DNA of 42,421 bases from positions 1 through 42,421 of the forward strand of contig CANNKR010000001.1 of assembly GCA_947504615.1 (NCBI GenBank). The letters run 5' to 3'. Positions 9,065 to 16,569 of the stretch are shown piece by piece. This stretch comes from Gemmatimonadota bacterium. GTDB taxonomy: Bacteria > Gemmatimonadota > Gemmatimonadetes > Gemmatimonadales > Gemmatimonadaceae. Below the pieces are notes generated by a model. The model saw nothing but the letters and a program-made list of their open reading frames with translations, made no database searches and had not been told where the DNA came from. How positions within the stretch are numbered: the stretch's first letter is position 1; each line of letters opens with the position of its first letter. A program made the position numbers and the translations under genes.

Positions 9065-12000
9065 ATGACACACTCCACGCCTCCCGCCCGCCGCCTCGCG
9101 CTCGTCGCCGGTCTGCTCACTGTCGCGCTCATCAGCTGCGGCAGAGAGATCACCGGCCCCGGCACGTCGCCGGTGAACGCGTTCAAGCGCTTTGCTGCGT
9201 TCGCGTTCAGCCCGCAGTACGAGACGGTGGTGCCGAGTACGGCGCTGCAGGCGGCATTGACGCAGGTGGCGTTCGAACGCGTGCGCATCACGCTGCGCCG
9301 CGAGGACGGCACCATTGCGCTGGACACGGTGGTGAGTTTCCCCGCCGGCGCCGATTCGCTGACGCTCTCGCTCATCGTGCCGCTCGCGGCCAGCGCGCCG
9401 GCCAGCGGCGTGCCGCTGACCCTGAACCTCGGCTATGTGAATGCGGCCGGTGATACGGTGTTCAAGGGCGGCCCCATTCCGGTGACGGTCACGCCGTCCA
9501 CGGGCGGCGCCCCACCGGCACCCGTGCAAGTCCCGGTGCACTACACGGGCACGGGATCCAACGCGACGGCGGTCAGTATTTCGCCAAAGAGCATCACTGG
9601 ATTAGCAGGACAGTCCAACGCGTTCACGGCGCAAGCACTCACGGCGACGGGCCAGGCGATTCCCGGAACTCCGATTGTCTATACCAGTTCGAACGCGGGC
9701 GTGGTGCGCGTGGCCAACCCATCATCCGGCGCCGCGGACTTCATCGGGCGCGGCACGGCGTTTGTCTACGCGCAACTGCTCACCGGACCCAAGGACAGCG
9801 CCGTGGTGACGGTCACGCTGCCTGCGTCGACGCTCGCACTGGTGTCTGGCAGCAATCAGACGGCATCGGCGGGCTCCTCGTTGCCGCTGCCAATCGCGGC
9901 CCAAGTGCGCGCAGTCGACGGGATCGGCGTGGCGGGCGTCACCGTTAACTTCGCTGTGGCCTCCGGCGCGGGGACCATCACGCCGTCCAGCGCCATCTCC
10001 GCGTCAAACGGCCAGGTGAGCGCCAGCTGGAAGCTCGGCACGACCGCGGGAGCGCAGTCGATGACGGTGTCCGCCCCAGGACTCAGCGGATCGCCCATCA
10101 CGGTGAACGCCACCGCGCTGGCACTCGTCGCGTCGAAGTTGGTCATGACGACGGCGCCCTCCGGTGGCAAGGCGGGGGGCGTGCTTCCCGTTACGGCAGT
10201 CACGGCCCAGGATGCGCTCGGCAACACGGTAACGACGTTCACGGGTGACGTCAGCGTCGCCCTGAGCACCAACCCGGGCAGCGCCACGCTCGCCGGCACC
10301 ACGACAGTGAAGGCCGTCAACGGCGTGGCAACGTTCGGCACGCTGACCCTCAATCGACCCGGCACCGGCTACACCTTCCTCTTTACCAGCAGCGGACTCT
10401 CGAGCGTCGGTTCGACTTCCTTCGACATCGCGACGGGGGACGCCGCGAAACTCCTCTTCGGGGCGATGCCCTCCACGGCAGACGCGGGGATAGCCATCGC
10501 ACCGGCCATCCAGGTCACGGCACAGGATTCCGCCGGGAACACGGCGACGTCATTCACCGGCGCAGTCACTGTGGCGATCGGCGCCAACCCCGGCGCCTCC
10601 ACGTTGGGCGGCACGGCGACACGCACCGCCGTCGCGGGCGTCGCCGCCTTCAACGATCTGGTTCTGAACAAGAAGGGAATCAGCTACTCGCTGCGCGCGT
10701 CGTCTCCCGGGTTAAGCGACGGCGTCTCGAACGCGTTCAGTATCTCCCCAGGCACACCAGTTGCACTCGCGGTGGTGAGCGGAAACGCCCAGTCGAAACC
10801 GGCCGGTAGCGTGCTGGACGTGATTACCGTGCGCCTGCGGGACGCGCAAGACAACGGCATTGAGAGCGAGCGCGTGGCATTCGCCGTCACAGGTGGAGGC
10901 GGCGTGCTTTCTGCCGCAAGCGCACTCACCGATGCATCGGGCTCCGCAAGCGTAGCCTGGACCATCGGCACCGGTCCGCAAACCATGACGGCGACGTCAG
11001 GCACGCTCGCCCCCCTCACCCTGACCGCCACCGCCACGGCACCACCGGGCGGGACCGCCACACAGTTGGTCATCACGCGCCAGCCACGGACGAGTTCCGC
11101 CTCCGGCGCTCTTGACACCGTCATCGTGACGGCCAAAGACTCCAGCGGAAGCGTCGCCGCCAGCTTCACGGGCACCGTGGCGATGGGCATCGTGAGCGGG
11201 CCAGTCGGCGCGTCGGTCATCGGACCAACGTCGCTGAACGCCGTGGCCGGCATAGCCTCGTTCAACGGCATCGCGTTCGACAAGGTGGGAAGCTACATGC
11301 TCCGGTTCGCGTCGAGCGGGTTGTCGAACGCGACGACCGGCTTCGTCACGGTGACCGCAGGCCCGGCGAAGAACATCGTCGCGGATTCCGGCGTGAACCA
11401 GACGGGCCCCACCAGCCAGGCGCTGCCCATCCCGCTTGTTGCGCGCATCACCGACCAGTACGGCAACAAGGTGACGGGCGCGAGCGTCTCGTGGGCCGTA
11501 GCCTCGGGCGGCGGCACGCTCTCTCCCACCACGACCGTCTCGGACACGGGCGGCCGGGTGCGCGCGCAGTGGACGCTGGGCGGCACCGTCGGCACACAGA
11601 GCGTGACGGTGTCGAGCACCGGGCTCACGGGCAGCCCGCTCACCTATACCGCCACGGCCACGGCCGTGGCCAGCGCCTATGCGTCGGTGGGTGTCGGCGG
11701 CAGCTGGGACAACCCGGCGTCGTGGTCGCCCGCGGGCATTCCCGGCATTCTCGACGACGTGACCATCGGGCTGAGCACGTCGATCGTCCTGACGGCAACC
11801 GCCGCAGTGCACACGCTCAACATCACCGGCGGCACGCTGGACCTCGGCGCCAACGAACTTAAGATCGGCGGCAACGTCGCGGCCGCTTCGGCGACCATCA
11901 ACGGGATCGGCAAGCTGTCGATGACCGGCGGGGGAGCGCGCACGCTGTCGCTCGCCCAGGTCAGCAACCTCTATGTCGACACCAGCACGGTGGTGTCGCT

Positions 12001-14080
12001 GGGCTCCAACGTCACCGTCACGGGCAACGTCGCGGGTACCGGCAACGTCTCCGTGGCCGGCCAGCTGTGGCCCAACGGACACACGCTGACTGTCTCCAAC
12101 ACCAACGCCCCGTCATACGGCAGCCAGCTGAGCATCTTGCCCACGGGCAACCTGAAGATGACGCTGCCGGCCGACAGCGTCCTGGCCTACAACGCGGACT
12201 TTGGCGGCGTAGCGAGCGACACGTCACTCACGGCCGGCTTCCTCCGCCTGGATAACAGCTTCTCGCAGTCCGGTGATGCGAAGTCCTTTGCGCCCACCGG
12301 AACGCACGTCACGTCGCTCAAGGCCACCGCCTTTAACAATGCCCTGCGCGCCATCACCGAAACGGCCGTGCCCACCCGCACCCGCCGGAGCATGGCGTTC
12401 AACCTCCTGCAGTTTGCCAACCCGGGATACACGGCATCGCATTTCAACATCCTGCGACTCGACCAAAACAACTTCTCCGTGGACCTGGGATCGAACGTGT
12501 ATGCCAACCGCGTCGTCACCGGCGACACATTGCGGACGCGGACGGTGTCCGGTTCGGGAAGCACATTGTTCATGAAGGACGGCAGCCTGGTGAATCTCAG
12601 TTTCAGCGGTGCGCTGCTGCAGGTGGATTCCGCCGTCACAACCACCCAGCTCGATTCGGTGTCGTTCTACGCGCAGGCGGTCACAGCCGACCAGATAACG
12701 CTCAACCTCACAAGCGGAGCCACGCCGACGCTCACCAACCTGTCGTTCGGCGCGGCACCGACCACCGGGCGCTACCTCGTGGTCAACGGGGCCGGCACTG
12801 CGACGATGGGGAACCCGAATCCGGGCGCGCACGGCGGGTTCGTCGGCACCACCGGCGGCGCGGCAATCAGCGGCTGGATCGCGTCGCGCAACATGACGGC
12901 GGCGACCTCCGGGGACTGGAGCACACCAGCGACCTGGTCACCAGCCGGCCTCCCTTCCATGCACGACACCGTCACCATCGCGACGGGGGCCACCGTCCAG
13001 CTCACCGGGGGAGGAAGCGTCAAGCACATGGTAATGGCCGCCGGCGCGGGCTTGAATATCCAGAGCTTCCAGACCCTCAACGTCTACGGCAACTGGACAT
13101 CCGACACCACCAGTTCAGTGACGAGCGGCGGCTACGCGACCTACACGAACTTCTGGGGCGATGCCCTGGTGCGCGGTCGGCTGTGGGGCGCAAGCGTCAA
13201 CAAGAGCATGACGCTGGTTGGGCGTACCATTTTCGACGGTGATGTCAGCGTCGGAGACCAGGCCTCGTACAACCCGGTCGTGCTCGACATCAATGGCCAG
13301 GTGGCGACCACGAACTTCTATTTCAGCACGATGACTGGCGGCCGGCTGAAGATGACCGACCCCGCAGGCGTCCTGAACCTGCAGTATGGCGGAACCTTCA
13401 ACGGTGCCTCCACCGACGGTCTCCTGACCAACGGTGTCATGAACCTGAAGGGCACCTTCGGCGCCTCGGGTGTTTCCTTCTCTGCCACGGGCTCGCACGT
13501 CACCAATTTCGTCGGCATCACCAGCATCGACTTTCAGGGGCAGGGCGGATTTGGGTCGACACTCGGCCACTTCGCGACCGTCACCAACACCCTGCCCTTT
13601 GCCCAAGGCGCGATCATGCTGCAGAGCGACGTGTGGGCCGAGGGCAACCTGAACTCGGCGCCCGCCACGTCCGACTCCGTGCGGTTCCTCTCGACCGTGC
13701 CGCACACCTTCCATGCACGGGGGTTCAGCACGACCTCCGTGTCGGCGGCGACCCGCACGGTGTTCGACGGTGTGGCCGTCGACCTGGCCGACGGCGGGTC
13801 AATGGCCAGCACGGTGTACGGCCTGTCGTTCCGGAATCTGGCCGGCATGACCGCGTTCAAACTGACGCGCAGCGTGACCCCGGCCATCACCTTCAATGGA
13901 TGGGCCTTCCAGTACCTCAGCGTCGGCACACCCACCAAGTTCATCGACGCCACATCCACGGTCTCCCCGATGACGATCACGATGACCGGCCACACGCCGT
14001 CGCTGGCGCAGCTCACCACAAACTCTCTCGTGCTCAGCAATTTCCTGGTCACGTCGAACGCGTCGGTGACCTGGCCCTAA
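9065..14080 (+). CDS. Giant lipoprotein, paralog of 1095..8294, with a different C-terminal half (two repeats of about 400 aa, possibly beta-helix-like)
   Basis: Same N-terminus and lipobox (ARRLALVAGLLTVALISCGREITGPG). It is colinear with gene 1 for about 860 aa. After about nt 11670 it switches to two large repeats, each opening with W-x-x-P-A-(S/T)-W-S-P-A-G-x-P...D-x-V-T-I. Confidence 0.85.
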   Translation: MTHSTPPARRLALVAGLLTVALISCGREITGPGTSPVNAFKRFAAFAFSPQYETVVPSTALQAALTQVAFERVRITLRREDGTIALDTVVSFPAGADSLTLSLIVPLAASAPASGVPLTLNLGYVNAAGDTVFKGGPIPVTVTPSTGGAPPAPVQVPVHYTGTGSNATAVSISPKSITGLAGQSNAFTAQALTATGQAIPGTPIVYTSSNAGVVRVANPSSGAADFIGRGTAFVYAQLLTGPKDSAVVTVTLPASTLALVSGSNQTASAGSSLPLPIAAQVRAVDGIGVAGVTVNFAVASGAGTITPSSAISASNGQVSASWKLGTTAGAQSMTVSAPGLSGSPITVNATALALVASKLVMTTAPSGGKAGGVLPVTAVTAQDALGNTVTTFTGDVSVALSTNPGSATLAGTTTVKAVNGVATFGTLTLNRPGTGYTFLFTSSGLSSVGSTSFDIATGDAAKLLFGAMPSTADAGIAIAPAIQVTAQDSAGNTATSFTGAVTVAIGANPGASTLGGTATRTAVAGVAAFNDLVLNKKGISYSLRASSPGLSDGVSNAFSISPGTPVALAVVSGNAQSKPAGSVLDVITVRLRDAQDNGIESERVAFAVTGGGGVLSAASALTDASGSASVAWTIGTGPQTMTATSGTLAPLTLTATATAPPGGTATQLVITRQPRTSSASGALDTVIVTAKDSSGSVAASFTGTVAMGIVSGPVGASVIGPTSLNAVAGIASFNGIAFDKVGSYMLRFASSGLSNATTGFVTVTAGPAKNIVADSGVNQTGPTSQALPIPLVARITDQYGNKVTGASVSWAVASGGGTLSPTTTVSDTGGRVRAQWTLGGTVGTQSVTVSSTGLTGSPLTYTATATAVASAYASVGVGGSWDNPASWSPAGIPGILDDVTIGLSTSIVLTATAAVHTLNITGGTLDLGANELKIGGNVAAASATINGIGKLSMTGGGARTLSLAQVSNLYVDTSTVVSLGSNVTVTGNVAGTGNVSVAGQLWPNGHTLTVSNTNAPSYGSQLSILPTGNLKMTLPADSVLAYNADFGGVASDTSLTAGFLRLDNSFSQSGDAKSFAPTGTHVTSLKATAFNNALRAITETAVPTRTRRSMAFNLLQFANPGYTASHFNILRLDQNNFSVDLGSNVYANRVVTGDTLRTRTVSGSGSTLFMKDGSLVNLSFSGALLQVDSAVTTTQLDSVSFYAQAVTADQITLNLTSGATPTLTNLSFGAAPTTGRYLVVNGAGTATMGNPNPGAHGGFVGTTGGAAISGWIASRNMTAATSGDWSTPATWSPAGLPSMHDTVTIATGATVQLTGGGSVKHMVMAAGAGLNIQSFQTLNVYGNWTSDTTSSVTSGGYATYTNFWGDALVRGRLWGASVNKSMTLVGRTIFDGDVSVGDQASYNPVVLDINGQVATTNFYFSTMTGGRLKMTDPAGVLNLQYGGTFNGASTDGLLTNGVMNLKGTFGASGVSFSATGSHVTNFVGITSIDFQGQGGFGSTLGHFATVTNTLPFAQGAIMLQSDVWAEGNLNSAPATSDSVRFLSTVPHTFHARGFSTTSVSAATRTVFDGVAVDLADGGSMASTVYGLSFRNLAGMTAFKLTRSVTPAITFNGWAFQYLSVGTPTKFIDATSTVSPMTITMTGHTPSLAQLTTNSLVLSNFLVTSNASVTWP

Positions 14081-14108
14081 GCCAGAGCGCTCACTGAGTG
14101 AGAATGAC

Positions 14109-14137
14109 AACGGCCGCGAGCGATGCTCGCGGCCGTT
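14109..14137. terminator. GC-rich hairpin between convergent genes
   Basis: AACGGCCGCGAGC-GAT-GCTCGCGGCCGTT gives a 13-bp perfect stem with a 3-nt loop. It lies between the stop of the giant gene (14080) and the stop of DUF72 (14162). Confidence 0.6.
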
Positions 14138-14140
14138 GTT

Positions 14141-14164
14141 CTACCGTCTACCGTCTACCGTCTA
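14141..14164. repeat. Heptamer tandem repeat (CTACCGT) x3.4
   Basis: CTACCGTCTACCGTCTACCGTCTA. The last CTA is the TAG stop of the minus-strand DUF72 gene. Confidence 0.9.
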
Positions 14165-14971
14165 GAACAGCGCCAACTGTTCGCCGAGCTGCCCCGGCTC
14201 CACCACCTTCAGCCCCAGCGCCCGTCGCAGTTGCCGCACATCCGCCGGACTGTGCCCGCTGAAGTGGTTGTTCGCGAAACCGTAGACCGTCTTCACCTTC
14301 TTCGCGATGGCCGGAATCACCTTCAGCCACGCGTCGATCTCCTTGGACCGGTCGTGCTGCACGCGCGAGTAATCCACGATGTCGCGATTGGGCCCCATCC
14401 ACCGCAAGTATGCAAAGTCCGCCGTGGGACGCTCGGCGAGCTTCAACATCGTCGACCGGGGAATCCATCGCGCGTCCACCAGGGCGAGCGCCACGTGATG
14501 CTCGGCGAGCAGCGCCAGGATGCCGTCGTTGATCCAGCTCCGCTGGCGGAACTCCACGGCAATCTTGATGTCGCGCGGCAGTGTGGGCAGGAAGGCCGCC
14601 AGCGCGGGCAGCTCCGACGGCCCGAAGTCGGGTCCGAACTGCATCAGGACGGGGCCCAGCTTGGGGCCGAGTTCGCGTGCCACGTCGAAGAACCGCTGGG
14701 TCGCGTCGTCGCAGTTCCGCAGGCGGTGTTCGTGCGTGATCTCCTGCGGCAGCTTGAGCGCGAAGGTGAAAGCGGCCGGCACACGCGAGGCCCAGGCGCG
14801 CACCGTCTGCGGGCTGGGAATCGCGTAGAACGTGCTATCCACTTCCACGGTGTCGAAGGCGCGCGCATACACCGGCAGGAAGTCCGCCGGCCGCGTGCGA
14901 TCGGGATAGAACGGCCCCACCCAGGCGGTGTAGTTCCACCCTTGGCAACCGAGATGCAGCGTCGCGCTCAT
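14162..14971 (-). CDS. DUF72 (YecE-like) family protein
   Basis: The product MSATLHLGCQGWNYTAWVGPFYP...FYAIPSP...ANNHFSGHSPA matches the characteristic DUF72 pattern. The ATG at 14971 is preferred over the GTG at 14995. Confidence 0.85.
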   Translation of the reverse strand: MSATLHLGCQGWNYTAWVGPFYPDRTRPADFLPVYARAFDTVEVDSTFYAIPSPQTVRAWASRVPAAFTFALKLPQEITHEHRLRNCDDATQRFFDVARELGPKLGPVLMQFGPDFGPSELPALAAFLPTLPRDIKIAVEFRQRSWINDGILALLAEHHVALALVDARWIPRSTMLKLAERPTADFAYLRWMGPNRDIVDYSRVQHDRSKEIDAWLKVIPAIAKKVKTVYGFANNHFSGHSPADVRQLRRALGLKVVEPGQLGEQLALF

Positions 14972-15099
14972 GCATGAAATCGGCGCGAAAATCACTGCGC
15001 GAGCAAGCCCCTCGGTTCGTTATTCTTCCGTTTCAGGGCATTCGACAGTGCCACGAGCCAATGAGTAAGTCATTTGCTTACATATGGTTACAGGAAAAT

Positions 15100-15128
15100 T
15101 TGACAACTTGATTCCATAGTGATATCAT
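15100..15128 (+). promoter_or_regulatory. Sigma70-type promoter of the SPFH gene
   Basis: TTGACA (15100-15105), a 17-nt spacer, then TATCAT (15123-15128). It sits in a conspicuous AT-rich island about 30 nt upstream of the ATG at 15158. Confidence 0.55.
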
Positions 15129-15157
15129 ATTGGCATCACCTTCCTCGAGTGATTCCT

Positions 15158-16027
15158 ATGTATCGCGAAAAACAGTACCCGGCGTTCAACGGTCTCGTGG
15201 CCCTGCTTGGGCTCATCGTCATCGCGCTGCTGTCGTTCTTCAGCATCGTGCGCGCGGCACCGCAGCAGCAGACAGGCGTCCTCTTATTGAGTGTCCTGGT
15301 GCTCGTTGTCTCGCTCTTCCTGATGGGTGGACTGTTCATCGTCAACCCGAACGACGCCAAGGTGCTGGTGCTCTTCGGCAAGTACGTCGGCACGGTGAAG
15401 ACCGACGGCTTCTTCTTCGCCAATCCGTTCCTCATCAAGCGCCGGATCTCGCTGCGCGTGCGGAACTTCGAGACGGCCAAGCTGAAGGTGAACGACAACC
15501 AGTCCAACCCGATCGAGATCGGCGCGGTGGTCGTGTGGAAGGTCGTCGAGACCGCCGAAGCGCTGTTCGAGGTGGAGAACTACGAGAAGTACGTGGCGGT
15601 GCAGACGGAATCGGCGCTGCGTGCCACGGCCTCGCAGTTTGCCTACGATGCGCATGTGGACGGCCAGGAATCGCTGTCCACGCACGCCACCGAAGTGAGC
15701 AAGCACCTGCAGTCCGCCATTCAGGACCGGCTCAAGGCGGCGGGCGTCGAAGTGGTGGAGGCGCGTATCTCGCATCTGGCCTACGCGCAGGAAATCGCCG
15801 CGGCCATGCTGCAGCGCCAGCAGGCGAGCGCAATCATCGCCGCGCGCTTCAAGATCGTCGAGGGCGCGGTCGGGATGGTGGAGAACGCGCTGGCCCTGCT
15901 CTCGCAGAAGGGAATCGTCACGCTCGACGAGGAGCGCAAGGCGGCGATGGTCAGCAACCTGCTGGTCGTGCTCTGCTCGGAACGTTCCACGCAGCCGATC
16001 GTGAACACCGGCTCGCTCTACACCTGA
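15158..16027 (+). CDS. SPFH/Band-7 (stomatin/prohibitin-like) membrane protein
   Basis: Two N-terminal TM helices are followed by the SPFH core ([32 protein letters not shown]...ISLRVRNF...) and an Ala-rich coiled C-terminal segment. Confidence 0.85.
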   Translation: MYREKQYPAFNGLVALLGLIVIALLSFFSIVRAAPQQQTGVLLLSVLVLVVSLFLMGGLFIVNPNDAKVLVLFGKYVGTVKTDGFFFANPFLIKRRISLRVRNFETAKLKVNDNQSNPIEIGAVVVWKVVETAEALFEVENYEKYVAVQTESALRATASQFAYDAHVDGQESLSTHATEVSKHLQSAIQDRLKAAGVEVVEARISHLAYAQEIAAAMLQRQQASAIIAARFKIVEGAVGMVENALALLSQKGIVTLDEERKAAMVSNLLVVLCSERSTQPIVNTGSLYT

Positions 16028-16033
16028 CCGACT

Positions 16034-16085
16034 GACGGCAGGCGGTAGACGGCAGGCAGTCGATCCCCGTCTACCGTCCACCGTC
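16034..16085. repeat. Inverted pair of degenerate heptamer arrays forming a hairpin
   Basis: GACGGCAGGCGGTAGACGG (16034-16052) pairs with CCGTCTACCGTCCACCGTC (16067-16085), giving a 19-bp stem with 3 mismatches. It is built from ACGGTAG-like and CTACCGT-like units and starts 7 nt after the SPFH stop. Confidence 0.8.
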
Positions 16086-16095
16086 TACCATCCCC

Positions 16096-16281
16096 ATGCC
16101 CCGCAAGCCCTTCCTGCTCCGTGTCGACGACCAGCTGCTGGCCGCAATCCAGCGCTGGTCGGCGGACGACATGCGCAGCCTGAACGGGCAGATAGAATTT
16201 CTGCTTCGCGACGCCCTCAAGCGCGCAGGCCGGCTCCCCAAGCGGGCGCTGGTCGAGCCCGCCGAGCAGGAACAGGAGTAA
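16096..16281 (+). CDS. Arc/MetJ-type ribbon-helix-helix DNA-binding protein
   Basis: The product MPRKPFLLRVDDQLLAAIQRWSADDMRSLNGQIEFLLRDALKRAGR matches the common Arc-family pattern (FLLRxxxxLxxxxxxWAxxxxRSxNxQIExLL). Confidence 0.75.
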   Translation: MPRKPFLLRVDDQLLAAIQRWSADDMRSLNGQIEFLLRDALKRAGRLPKRALVEPAEQEQE

Positions 16282-16284
16282 TCC

Positions 16285-16569
16285 ATGCTCATCATCCCGC
16301 CGCAACGCCCCAGCCAGCCCATCGATCCACGCAAGGCACGGCACGATACGACCGTAGGCATGATGGTGATGGCCCTCATCGCGCTGGGCATCGCTGTCTT
16401 CGTGTTCGCCGTCGGACCGCGCAGCAATAACCCCCCGCCATTCCTGGTCGGCGTGGCGGTACTCGGCCTCGCCGTCATTTTCGGCGTCGTCTCCTTCTTC
16501 TCGTGGATGCGCGAGCAGCAGGACGAGGACGAGTCCCCGCAGGACCACAACCCGAACGAGGAGCAGTGA
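16285..16569 (+). CDS. Small two-TM membrane protein with an acidic C-terminal tail (hypothetical)
   Basis: AGGAG lies 6 nt upstream of the ATG. The gene starts 3 nt after the RHH stop and its stop overlaps the next ATG (TGATG). It has two clear hydrophobic helices. Confidence 0.55.
   Translation: MLIIPPQRPSQPIDPRKARHDTTVGMMVMALIALGIAVFVFAVGPRSNNPPPFLVGVAVLGLAVIFGVVSFFSWMREQQDEDESPQDHNPNEEQ

Noticed and set aside
15130-16035. 301-aa plus ORF in a second frame of the SPFH gene, and 15284..16081 on the minus strand
   Set aside because: The Arg/Gly-rich products overlap a gene with clear SPFH homology.
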